Assembly (NCBI GenBank): GCA_965222115.1
Contig: CBDCTJ010000007.1
Location: forward strand, 544,001-608,000
DNA: 64,000 nucleotides
Origin: Planctomycetota bacterium
Lineage (GTDB): Bacteria; Planctomycetota; PLA2; JAEUHO01
Direction: 5' to 3'
A program made the position numbers and the translations under genes. The notes below the pieces were generated by a model. That model saw only the letters and a program-made list of their open reading frames with translations, was not told where the DNA came from and ran no database searches. The stretch's first letter is position 1. Each line of letters begins with the position of its first letter. Of the stretch, positions 10,038 to 19,308 are shown one piece after another.

Positions 10038-10179
10038 CTTCCGACGTTGAGCCCGCAATGCTGGCACGCCACGCCACGAAATGCAGCACGTTACCCGGCT
10101 GAGGTTCGATGGGACCGGTAGTAGAGTGTCGCGACGCACGGGCCCGCCAGAGGGGAGGTCGTGCGACGCGAGGGAACGC

Positions 10180-12870
10180 ATGACCACCTACACCACCATC
10201 AACGCCGACATGGATCCAGAGGAGACCGCCGAGTGGATGGAGTCCCTCGATGCGGTGATCGAACATGGCGGCACCGCGCGTGCTCGATACCTGCTTTCGC
10301 GCTTGCTCTCCCGCGCTCGCCATGGCGGCTTCCTACCCGACCAACTCCTGAGCACCGACTACGTCAATACGATTCGGCCCCATGAAGAGCCTGTGTATCC
10401 AGGCGACGAAGTGATGGAAGATCGCATTAGCGACATCATTCGTTGGAACGCGGCGGTCATGGTTAGCCGCGCGAATACGGCCCATCCCGGTCTTGGCGGC
10501 CACATCTCCACCTTCGCGTCATCGGCCGATCTCTATGCGGTAGGGCTCCACCACTTCTTTCGCGGCAAGGACGGCGAAGGCGCCGGGGATCAGATCTACA
10601 TCCAAGGCCACGCCTCGCCCGGCATCTACGCCCACAGTTTTCTAGAGGGACGCATCCAGCGCGAACAAATGGAGCGCTTTCGCCGCGAAGTGAAACGCGG
10701 CAAGGGGCTTTCGAGTTATCCGCACCCGCGCCTCATGCCCGCGTACTGGGAGTTCCCCACGGTATCCATGGGCCTTGGCCCCATTGCCTCCATCTATCAG
10801 GCGCGTTTCAACCGCTACCTTCAGGCGCGCGGTATCGCCGACACCAGCGCCTCACGGGTGTGGTGTTTCGTGGGCGATGGGGAAAGTGACGAACCCGAAT
10901 CCCTTGGCGCGCTCTCTGTGGCGGCGCGCGAGGGACTCGACAATTTGATTTGGGTCGTGAACTGCAACTTGCAACGCCTCGACGGCCCGGTGCGCGGCAA
11001 CGGCAAGATCGTGTCGGAACTCGAAACGGTGTTTCGCGGTGCGGGGTGGAACGTCATCAAGGTGCTCTGGGGCCGTGAATGGGACGACCTCTTTGCCCGC
11101 GACACGCACGGTCTTTTGCGACGCGCGTTGACGGAAACGGTGGACGGCGCCATGCAGCGCTTTCGTGCCGAAGACGGGGGCTACATCCGTAAACACCTCT
11201 TTGGTCGCCGACCGGAACTCCTGGAAATGGTCAGCCACTTGACCGATGACGACATCTGGAAAATGCGTCGCGGAGGTCATGATGTGCGCAAGGTGTATGC
11301 GGCGTACCGCGCTGCGGCGGAACACAACGGCAGGCCCACGGTGGTGTTGGCGCAAACGGTCAAGGGCTTTGCGCTCGGCGAGGGCTTTGAGGCCAAGAAC
11401 GTTACGCACCAAATGAAGAAGCTCTCACAAGAACAACTGCGCGAGTTTCGCGATCGATTGGAGATCCCCGTTTCCGACAGCGCGGTGGCACGAAACGACT
11501 ACTACCACCCCGGCCTTGACAGCCCGGAAGTCAAGTATGTACAGGAACGCCGTCGAGCCCTAGGCGGTCCCATCCCCAAGCGCGTGAGTCAACCCACGAC
11601 GCGCGTTGCAGCGCCAGACCGGTCGATCTACGAAGAGTTCTTCAAGGGCACCAAGAATCCGGGCGGCGTCTCGACCACCATGGCATTTGTTCGCCTGCTC
11701 ACGCGGCTCCTCAAAGACAACGACATGGGTCAGCGCGTGGTGCCGATCATTCCCGACGAAGCACGCACATTCGGCATGGAACCGCTGTTTCGCCAAGTGG
11801 GCATCTACGCGGCGCAAGGGCAGCTCTACGAGCCCGTGGATCGCGATCAACTGCTCTACTACCGCGAATCCAAAGACGGCCAGGTTCTGGAAGAGGGTAT
11901 TACCGAAGCGGGCTCGATGGCGAGCTTCTCCGCCGCAGGAACAAGCTACGCCAGTCACGGCGAGCCGATGATTCCCTTCTACATCTTCTATTCCATGTTC
12001 GGCTTTCAACGCATTGGCGACTTGGCCTGGATGGCGTGTGACATGCGCGCACGCGGCTTCTTGATGGGCGCCACGGCGGGCCGCACCACGCTAAACGGCG
12101 AAGGCCTACAACATGAAGACGGCCACAGCCACCTCCTGGCCATGACTTACCCAAGCATTCGTGCCTACGATCCTGCCTTTGCGTATGAAGTCGCGATCAT
12201 TGTTCGGGATGGCATGGCGCGCATGCTCGAGCACGACGAAGATGTGATTTTCTATATCACGCTTCAGAATGAAAACTACCCTCAACCCGCCATGCCCGAC
12301 GGCGTTGAAGACGGCGTCATCCGAGGTCTTTATCGTTATGACGACGGCTCACGCCCCGCGTCGTCCACCAAGAAGGCCGGCGTCCAACTCTTTGGCAGCG
12401 CGTGCATCTTGATGCAAGCCCTGCGCGCGCAGGAAATCTTGGCCGAGAAGTTTGATGTCATCGCCGACGTTTGGAGCGCCACGAGTTATCAACAACTTCG
12501 CCGCGGCGCGTTGGAGGCCGACCGCTGGAATCGTCGCAATCCTGAGAAGAAACAACGCACGTCATACGTGCAAGATGTACTTGCTAACATTGATACGCCT
12601 ATCGTTGCGGCGAGCGATTACATGAAAGCCGTGCCCGACTTGATTGCGCCATGGGTACCTACGCGCTACGTAACGCTGGGCACCGATGGTTTCGGGATGA
12701 GTGACACACGCGAAGCGTTGCGCCGTCACTTTGCCGTGGATGCGGAAGCCATCGCCTATGCCGCATTGTATGCGCTCTATCTTGAGGGAAGCGTCAAGAA
12801 GGACGTGGTTACCAAGGCGCGCGAAACCCTTAACATTGACCCAGACGCGCTCTATCCGCTCGACATCTAG
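10180..12870 (+). CDS. aceE: Pyruvate dehydrogenase E1, homodimeric type
   Basis: GGHISTFAS, QGHASPG, SSYPHPRLMP, GDGESDEPE, NCNLQRLDGPV and GEGLQHEDG motifs. Confidence 0.97.
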   Translation: MTTYTTINADMDPEETAEWMESLDAVIEHGGTARARYLLSRLLSRARHGGFLPDQLLSTDYVNTIRPHEEPVYPGDEVMEDRISDIIRWNAAVMVSRANTAHPGLGGHISTFASSADLYAVGLHHFFRGKDGEGAGDQIYIQGHASPGIYAHSFLEGRIQREQMERFRREVKRGKGLSSYPHPRLMPAYWEFPTVSMGLGPIASIYQARFNRYLQARGIADTSASRVWCFVGDGESDEPESLGALSVAAREGLDNLIWVVNCNLQRLDGPVRGNGKIVSELETVFRGAGWNVIKVLWGREWDDLFARDTHGLLRRALTETVDGAMQRFRAEDGGYIRKHLFGRRPELLEMVSHLTDDDIWKMRRGGHDVRKVYAAYRAAAEHNGRPTVVLAQTVKGFALGEGFEAKNVTHQMKKLSQEQLREFRDRLEIPVSDSAVARNDYYHPGLDSPEVKYVQERRRALGGPIPKRVSQPTTRVAAPDRSIYEEFFKGTKNPGGVSTTMAFVRLLTRLLKDNDMGQRVVPIIPDEARTFGMEPLFRQVGIYAAQGQLYEPVDRDQLLYYRESKDGQVLEEGITEAGSMASFSAAGTSYASHGEPMIPFYIFYSMFGFQRIGDLAWMACDMRARGFLMGATAGRTTLNGEGLQHEDGHSHLLAMTYPSIRAYDPAFAYEVAIIVRDGMARMLEHDEDVIFYITLQNENYPQPAMPDGVEDGVIRGLYRYDDGSRPASSTKKAGVQLFGSACILMQALRAQEILAEKFDVIADVWSATSYQQLRRGALEADRWNRRNPEKKQRTSYVQDVLANIDTPIVAASDYMKAVPDLIAPWVPTRYVTLGTDGFGMSDTREALRRHFAVDAEAIAYAALYALYLEGSVKKDVVTKARETLNIDPDALYPLDI

Positions 12871-13046
12871 CAACGAATGAACAGTGAACAGGACCAATGT
12901 CACTCGCGCCGTGACAATGGCTGTTCGACCGCCGCCAATTACTGAAACACATGTCGAAACAGCGAAACGACGACAAAGCGTCCGAAACACTGCTGCCGGA
13001 CAGTTCGCGGGTCCCACAGAACGACACGCTTGAATGCACTCCCCCC

Positions 13047-13180
13047 AAAAAGAAACCAACGAGGGCCGTCGAAGACGACCCCCGTTGGAAAAGGGGAGCT
13101 CTATGGGAGGGAGGAAGGAGGGAAGGGCAGGGAACGAGCTCAACCACTTTTTTCTGGCCGTTTGCCACCGGCCAGTCACC
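13047..13180 (-). ncRNA. Candidate small RNA (5' hairpin, CU-rich core, terminator)
   Basis: Minus strand: CTGGCCG/CGGCCAG hairpin (13154-13175); CCCTGCCCTTCCCTCCTTCCTCCCTCCC core; CCAACGGGGGTCGTC-ttc-GACGGCCCTCGTTGG hairpin followed by TTTCTTTTT. Confidence 0.55.
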
Positions 13181-13186
13181 AGTATG

Positions 13187-13212
13187 GACGAAGATCCGGG
13201 GTTCTGTGTTTC
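13187..13212 (-). promoter_or_regulatory. ECF sigma-type promoter GAAAC-N17-CGTC
   Basis: Minus strand GAAAC acagaaccccggatctt CGTC directly upstream of the candidate sRNA. Confidence 0.5.
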
Positions 13213-13248
13213 GCAGGGTCCAAAAATATGTGAATTATTCCGCCGCAC

Positions 13249-13285
13249 AAAAAGCCACACGGCCGCTTCTGATGAAGCGGCCGTG
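13249..13285 (-). terminator. Rho-independent terminator of the 13316-13732 gene
   Basis: Perfect 12-bp stem CACGGCCGCTTC/GAAGCGGCCGTG with a T-run on the minus strand. Confidence 0.75.
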
Positions 13286-13315
13286 AAGGATTTGGGATTT
13301 GCAGGGCTTTTACGT

Positions 13316-13732
13316 TTAGCGAATCCGCCAACTCCCGCCAACGCCAATCGAAACATGGCCGCGGGGACGAAAGGCCCGACGACGAATGATGCGAGGAGCG
13401 GGCACCCACACCCGACGCTCTACGTAGTCGTAGTGGCCGGGACTATAGACCGCATGGCCATGGGAGTCGAAACCGACCAGTTCCGGCGCGTGGTAGACGC
13501 GTTCGCGGACGGTCTTCCAATAGCCGCGGCGGATGGGACGGACGATTCGACGGCCGCGGATGTGATGGGCGCGGATGGGAGCGTGTAGGCCCACATCAAA
13601 GCCCAGGTGAACGCCACCGAAATGCACAGCCTGCGGTCCCGCACGTAGTGGCGCGGCACTCGCGTCCTGCGTACCGGCGGCGGCAAAGAGGGTGATTGCA
13701 GCGACGGGGATAAGCAACGTGCGAATGTTCAT
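13316..13732 (-). CDS. Small secreted protein with YXWGXW-like beta-hairpin segments
   Basis: GGAG RBS; signal peptide (..DASA); RGYWKTV..RVY and PGHYDYVERRVWVP segments. Confidence 0.75.
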   Translation of the reverse strand: MNIRTLLIPVAAITLFAAAGTQDASAAPLRAGPQAVHFGGVHLGFDVGLHAPIRAHHIRGRRIVRPIRRGYWKTVRERVYHAPELVGFDSHGHAVYSPGHYDYVERRVWVPAPRIIRRRAFRPRGHVSIGVGGSWRIR

Positions 13733-13960
13733 GGGTACTCCGTTTCAGCCCCCCGGAAGGGGCACTGTTACGTGGTGCCCTAGATCACATCGCGTGCCAA
13801 AAGTCCACCGATCTGCCTGCTGACGTCATAACCCTTTTTTTAATAGCATCTTATGACGGCTATCCCAGGAGCCCGCCGCACGCGGCTTCCCTCTGCGTGT
13901 CCCCAGCGGAGACCCCCGCGGTGGACAGTTGAGGTCAGCGAGGGCTCTCGGCGACCTACC

Positions 13961-16900
13961 ATGCCGCCCATGACCTCGCGGCGCGTGACACTAGTACGGA
14001 CGATGGGATGGATCGCGGCAAGCGTATTGGTCTTGCTGCCCGTGCTGGTCCGGGCCGATCCCACGTCTGCTTCACTCCGCGTGGGTTTCGCCAAGTGCAA
14101 GATTGAGCTGCCCCCGATGTGTCAAATGACGGGATTTGGTGATACAGGCGCCATCAAAGCCGAGGGCACGGCGGACCCGCTCTATGCTCGCGCAACGGTG
14201 CTTGAGCAAAGCACGACGCGTGTGGCGGTCGTCAGCCTGGACGTATTCGCCGTGGACGCTGCGTTGCGGCAACAGGTGCTTGACCGCGCCAAACCGTTGA
14301 AGCTCACCGACGTCGTGCTCGCTGCAACGGGTACGAAACGCGGACCGGGCGGACTACTTAGGGCGCGACGGTGGGCCCGGTTTACCGGCACATTCCGAAG
14401 TGACGTGGCACGCGCAGTCCTCGATGCGATTCAGCGAGCGCTTTCGGATGCCGCCAAACACCTCGCGCCAGCCACTGTTGCGTTTCAACCGATTGGCAAG
14501 GGACCCGGCAACGTCGCTGTGTTTCAAACGCAAGGGGGTGAGGTACGAGGTGTTTGGCTGGGACTCGCGGGACGCCGCGATACAAGCAAGCAAACTGGCA
14601 ACAGCTTTAGCGCGGGTGCCGCGGGCCGGATGTGCGACGCGATAGAGACGAAGTGGCCGCAACGATCCGTACAGGTGCTTCAAGGTCCTGTTGCCGATCT
14701 CAACGATGTCCGTCGCGAATCGCTCGTGAAATCCATGATGGACGGCATCGCAAGGGCGATATCCCGCGGAGCCAACGACTCGCCGAAGCTAGGCATCTCG
14801 ACACGTTTCGCCGCACTGCATACGCCGTGGCGACGCGTGCTCGACAACCCGGACGCCCCCGTGCTTACCAGCCCCAAGCCTTGGCACCTCCCGGTGACCA
14901 CCCTCTCGATTGGAACGCACACGCTGCGCACGGTTCCCGGAGAAATCGCGAAGGCCGAGATGGATGCGTCGCCCGTTTGGTCGGTTACGTACGCGAATGG
15001 CTACGGCGGCACGTTTATTGGCTCTCGTCGCTATCCGCACCTCGCGCCGAACGCATCACGCTGTATTACGGGACCTGAAACCGTCCACGAGCTGTTGCGT
15101 GCACCCGATGCGCCCACGCGCCGAGCATCGTTTAGAACCAAGTGGGTGAGCGACGTGCCCCATATCACGCGCATCGCCCCATCGACACCCAAGCGACGCG
15201 ACGCGAAGGCCAGCGACGCCTACCGACTGGGCCACGCTCACGGCACGTTGTTACGGGACGACATTCACGCGTTTTTGGTGGGCAGTGAGACGGCACTTAC
15301 GCACGCAGCCCATGCAACAACCGACGGGCCACTGAGGACGTGGATCGATCGTTATGGCGGCCAGGACCCGCGCGCTTACGTGCTTTTGGAGCTGATTCAG
15401 CGGGCACGGACGTTAATTCCTCATATCCCTCATGCGCAACTCGACGAAATGGAGGGCATCGCCGATGCGGCGGGCGTTCCCTTTGACTCAATCCTCCTCA
15501 TCAACACGTTTCTGACGCTGGCAGAACAAACCGACGCCAATCGTCTGCTGGCGCTTCCTGCGCGCTGTACCAACGTTGTTGTTCACGAACGGGCAACGTC
15601 CATGGGGCAGTTGTTGCATGCCTCGACCCTCGATTGGGCGTTACGCGATCTTTTGGCGCCCTCAGCGCGCGTTCTACTGATGGAGCCGGCGGGCGGAAAC
15701 ACTTTCATGAGTGTGTCGTGGCCCGGCATGGTGGGCACGCTGCGCGCTATGAGTGCAGAGGGCATCGCCATTACGGAAGAGAGTACGGCCGCGCCGAAGG
15801 ACACGCGCGTCGATGGAACTCCGCTCCCGCTGCTCATGCGCGACGTCGTGCAGCACGCATCCACGCTCAACGATGCGGTGAAACGTCTTCGGCGCGCGCG
15901 TGGCACATGCGGCTACAAAGTGACGGTGTCCGATGGCAACCAGTTGGATGCGCGCGTGGTTGCGCTGACCGCAAGGCACAGTCACGTGCGCAAGCCCCTA
16001 GCAGGCATTTTGCAAGGCGTGCTTCCAAACGCCCCGGTGTCGGCGTTCGTTGGCGCTCGGAACCGTGAGATCCCGCAGGTGACGGGATCAAGCCTCAAAC
16101 GGTATGGCGCATTTACCAAAGCGTTGACGCAGCTGAAGCAGCCCTTGCGGCGCGCCGATGTGCAAACGCTGATCAGTGATCCGTCCCTTGGCATTCGTGG
16201 AGAAGGAACGCTCTTCGCGTGTGTATTCGAGCCGAGTGCCCGACGTGCAACGGTCGCGCTGGATCTTCGCGATGGCAAGCCACCCGCATGGCAATCCATC
16301 GACTTGCGCGCAATTGTGGAGCGCAACGTATCGCCCATGCGACGCGGCATGCCTTGCGTCCCAGAACAGCCAACCATGATCAAGCAACGCGATCGCGCGT
16401 TTACGTTGATCAAAAACGCTACCCGTTGGTCATTGGTGTTTTCGTCCCCGCGCCCGAGTGGGCACGCGTTCAACGATTCGGTCAAGGCCGAGCTTTGGTT
16501 GCCCAAGCAGGCCAAAGGCGTCGTGATTCATCTTCCAGCCTGGAAAGAACCCACATTGGCCGCACACCGCCTGCTTGCATCGCAGTTGGCACGCGCCGGC
16601 ATTGCGACCGCAATCCTTCCGCTTCCGTATCAAGCATCGCGCGCCGCACCGGGCGAGTCATCTGGCGCATGGACCCTCTCGGCCAACTTGGCGCGCACAC
16701 GGAGCGCACTGGTGCAAGGGCTGGCCGACGCGCTGGCGTTATCGCGATTGCTCGAAGACGAATTCCAGTTTGAACCCGCACGTCAAGGGGTGACGGGCGT
16801 AAGCCTGGGTGCCCATGTTGCGGCTGTGGCCTACGGCGCCTACCCCAACCGGTTCTCATGTGGCGGGTTCATTTTGGGCGGCGGCAATGTGCACGAAGCG

Positions 16901-17251
16901 TTCATGAAGAAGAACAGCGTGACCGGCAAGATTTACGCCGAGCTCACGCGGCGGGGTGTCACGTTGCGCGAAGCCGGAGACCTCATGCGAGGCATGGATC
17001 CGCTGCACCACGCCGACCCAAAACGCCGTGACGGAATCCTCCTCATCGCGGCCGATGCCGACGACGTGGTGGCTCCTGCCAATGTCGAGTTGCTTGCAAA
17101 GGCCTACGGTGGCGCAAAAATTACGTGGCTCTCGGGTGGACACTATGCCCCGGCCAATCCGCTGATGGCGGTGAAGGTGATTTCGGCTCTACGCGCCCAT
17201 TTGTTGGGCCGATTGAAGGCCACCGCGGCCACCAACGCCGGGCCGAAATAG
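13961..17251 (+). CDS. Exported multidomain hydrolase: neutral-ceramidase-like + C45/Ntn acyltransferase + alpha/beta hydrolase
   Basis: LRVGFAK..GTADPLYARATVL and TVPGE..YANGYGG (ceramidase-like); YRLGHAHG..EMEGIADAAG..RCTN..STLDW (C45); GVSLG..DADDVV..GGH (triad). Confidence 0.8.
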   Translation: MPPMTSRRVTLVRTMGWIAASVLVLLPVLVRADPTSASLRVGFAKCKIELPPMCQMTGFGDTGAIKAEGTADPLYARATVLEQSTTRVAVVSLDVFAVDAALRQQVLDRAKPLKLTDVVLAATGTKRGPGGLLRARRWARFTGTFRSDVARAVLDAIQRALSDAAKHLAPATVAFQPIGKGPGNVAVFQTQGGEVRGVWLGLAGRRDTSKQTGNSFSAGAAGRMCDAIETKWPQRSVQVLQGPVADLNDVRRESLVKSMMDGIARAISRGANDSPKLGISTRFAALHTPWRRVLDNPDAPVLTSPKPWHLPVTTLSIGTHTLRTVPGEIAKAEMDASPVWSVTYANGYGGTFIGSRRYPHLAPNASRCITGPETVHELLRAPDAPTRRASFRTKWVSDVPHITRIAPSTPKRRDAKASDAYRLGHAHGTLLRDDIHAFLVGSETALTHAAHATTDGPLRTWIDRYGGQDPRAYVLLELIQRARTLIPHIPHAQLDEMEGIADAAGVPFDSILLINTFLTLAEQTDANRLLALPARCTNVVVHERATSMGQLLHASTLDWALRDLLAPSARVLLMEPAGGNTFMSVSWPGMVGTLRAMSAEGIAITEESTAAPKDTRVDGTPLPLLMRDVVQHASTLNDAVKRLRRARGTCGYKVTVSDGNQLDARVVALTARHSHVRKPLAGILQGVLPNAPVSAFVGARNREIPQVTGSSLKRYGAFTKALTQLKQPLRRADVQTLISDPSLGIRGEGTLFACVFEPSARRATVALDLRDGKPPAWQSIDLRAIVERNVSPMRRGMPCVPEQPTMIKQRDRAFTLIKNATRWSLVFSSPRPSGHAFNDSVKAELWLPKQAKGVVIHLPAWKEPTLAAHRLLASQLARAGIATAILPLPYQASRAAPGESSGAWTLSANLARTRSALVQGLADALALSRLLEDEFQFEPARQGVTGVSLGAHVAAVAYGAYPNRFSCGGFILGGGNVHEAFMKKNSVTGKIYAELTRRGVTLREAGDLMRGMDPLHHADPKRRDGILLIAADADDVVAPANVELLAKAYGGAKITWLSGGHYAPANPLMAVKVISALRAHLLGRLKATAATNAGPK

Positions 17252-17449
17252 GCGGCCTTTTCAGCAAGCTGAGCGAGCCGTCGTCGTCCAAAGCAGCGCC
17301 AGGGTCGTGCTGCCTCCCGCGATGCCTCGCATGATAGTGCTCGGAGGCGCGGAGCCCGCATGGCCTCGCCCCTTCCCCAAGCGGTCCCATCAAGAACGGC
17401 GGGATCCGTAGCGTCCCGCCATCCGATTCCCCAATTGCGAGTTCGATCC

Positions 17450-18130
17450 ATGCCGCGTTCGGACAAATCCGACACCCCGGCACTACGCGCGAAACGACGT
17501 TCCAGCTCGCCACCGCGTGCATTGCAAGACACATGGGTCGAAGGGCTTCGTAGGCAGGACCCGTCGGTATTGCGCACGGTGGTTGAAGCGTTTAACGATC
17601 GTTTGAGTGCCGTTGTTGCGGGTTTGCTGTCCGATCATCAAGCGGTGGAAGATGTGGTGCAGGAAACATTCGTGAAGGCCTACCAACGCATTCACAAGTT
17701 TCATGGACGATCGAGTCTCTACACCTGGCTCTATCGCATTGCGGTCAATGGGGCCAAGGACTATCTCAAAGCACGGCGGCGACGACCGGCGCGCTCCCTA
17801 GATGACTTTGCGGGACGCGGGGCGCTCCAAGCCGGGTCTGTTCCCGCCATTGAAGGCATGGCCAAGCGCGAACAACGCATCTTGTTGCGCGAGGGTATTG
17901 AAGCCTTGCCCGATCGCTTTCGTCGGGTGCTCGTCTTGCGTGAGATTGAAGGCATGAGTTATCAAGACATTGCCGAGGTCCTGGGGCTCACCCTCGGCAC
18001 CGTTGAAAGTAAGATATTCCGTGCGCGCAAGCGGCTACGCGCCCACATGATGCGCGCGCGCCCGGGCGGTTCACGGGCGGCGTCGTTGCCCAAGCGTTCG
18101 AACGCTAAGGAGACAGACCATGGCTCGTGA
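17450..18130 (+). CDS. ECF RNA polymerase sigma factor (RpoE-like)
   Basis: EDVVQETFVKAY, FHGRSSLYTWLYRIAVN, LREIEGMSYQDIAEVL..GTVESKIFRARKRL. Confidence 0.93.
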   Translation: MPRSDKSDTPALRAKRRSSSPPRALQDTWVEGLRRQDPSVLRTVVEAFNDRLSAVVAGLLSDHQAVEDVVQETFVKAYQRIHKFHGRSSLYTWLYRIAVNGAKDYLKARRRRPARSLDDFAGRGALQAGSVPAIEGMAKREQRILLREGIEALPDRFRRVLVLREIEGMSYQDIAEVLGLTLGTVESKIFRARKRLRAHMMRARPGGSRAASLPKRSNAKETDHGS

Positions 18131-18740
18131 TGGCGGTCCCTCTCCGCTTACCGCCGAAGAGTCGCGGTACCTCGATGGCGCGCTTTCGCCCGAACGGTTG
18201 CGGCGTATGGAGCGCTTGCTCGCAGCCGATCCCGATCGCGCCGACCGTGTGCGTGCGTGGAACGAATGGATGACGCGTTGGCGCGAAGACTGCCGCGCCG
18301 CCGCGCCCACAGACGACGTCTATCACACGCGCGTGGATCAAATTGTAGGCGCCGCGCTGGACGCGGCCCCGTCGTCGGAATCGATTGCAACCATGAACAC
18401 CGAACGCCTCGCGGAAGCGCAAGGGTCGTCGAGTGGTTGGTCGGTGCCGGCTCACGTGGCGCGTCGTTATGCGGCGGCGGCATTACTTTTGATGGCACTT
18501 GGTTTGGTGGGTTATGCCGTAACGCGCACCGACCCCGCCGTGGCCACGCCCCATGGCACTACGCCGGTGCGCAACGGTTCGAACAACGCCTCGCCCCCAT
18601 CGTCGTCGGGCGAAGCACGCGGCGATTTGCATGGCATTCGGGACGCCATACGCAGCGACGTCTTGCGTCCGCCCACACGCGACGTGCCGCCCGCGCCCAT
18701 CCCCACGCGCACACCTTCCCCTGCTCCCGAGAAGCGCTGA
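18120..18740 (+). CDS. Putative membrane-bound anti-sigma factor
   Basis: Overlaps the ECF gene end; SRYLDGALSPE N-terminus, single TM, Pro-rich tail. Confidence 0.7.
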   Translation: MARDGGPSPLTAEESRYLDGALSPERLRRMERLLAADPDRADRVRAWNEWMTRWREDCRAAAPTDDVYHTRVDQIVGAALDAAPSSESIATMNTERLAEAQGSSSGWSVPAHVARRYAAAALLLMALGLVGYAVTRTDPAVATPHGTTPVRNGSNNASPPSSSGEARGDLHGIRDAIRSDVLRPPTRDVPPAPIPTRTPSPAPEKR

Positions 18741-18753
18741 TCACTGAACACGC

Positions 18754-19146
18754 ATGAAGTTGCATTTCCTACAAAACATACGCGTATTGACACTCCTGAT
18801 GGTGCTCGCCGGGGTGTTCTTGGGGCTGTTTGCCTCCACCCTGATCGCCCGCCCCACCTGCCCGCCGGAATCCTCGCGCCAACGCGCAATTGATCACGAA
18901 GTGCGCTACTACCAGCAGACCTACTCGCTCAACGACGTGGCCGCCGATGCCGTTCGCCAGGCGCTCCACACCTACGAGCGTGATCGACTCGAACTGTTGC
19001 ACAAACTGCAGGCGGAACATCCCCACGACTTTGACGCCTTGCGTCTACGGACCGAGGCACGGATTCGCGCAGTGATTCAAAATGCTATTGACACGCCCGC
19101 GCCGGCCCTGCCGAGCAAGCGAACAGAAGCGAAACCGAAAAAGTAG
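18754..19146 (+). CDS. Membrane-anchored helical periplasmic protein (third gene of the ECF operon)
   Basis: N-terminal TM then amphipathic helices; position typical of ECF accessory genes. Confidence 0.6.
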   Translation: MKLHFLQNIRVLTLLMVLAGVFLGLFASTLIARPTCPPESSRQRAIDHEVRYYQQTYSLNDVAADAVRQALHTYERDRLELLHKLQAEHPHDFDALRLRTEARIRAVIQNAIDTPAPALPSKRTEAKPKK

Positions 19147-19308
19147 CCCGCACGCAAGGCATCGGGGAAGTTGCGCGTCCAAGACGTGCTCGCTGACCAC
19201 CAATCTGTGCCGTGATTCCATAGGGAAGCGAGGCTCCTGCCCTGAACCCCCCTATACTTTTTGACGCTTTGCCCGTGTGAGCGGGATCCCTTCCGGAGGA
19301 CATGGTCC

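Noticed and set aside
10180-12870. aceE lacking adjacent aceF/lpd as something novel
   Set aside because: Dispersed pyruvate dehydrogenase genes are common and the partners may lie outside the window.
12830-13588. Overlapping ORFs in the aceE downstream gap (e.g. 13034-13588 +, 12951-13286 +)
   Set aside because: They run through terminator hairpins and low-complexity purine tracts or are antisense to a better gene; not protein-like.
13785-13800. Sigma54 promoter for the 13316-13732 gene (minus strand TTGGCACGCGATGTGA)
   Set aside because: Good -24 element, but the -12 position is GA rather than GC, so it is too weak to call.
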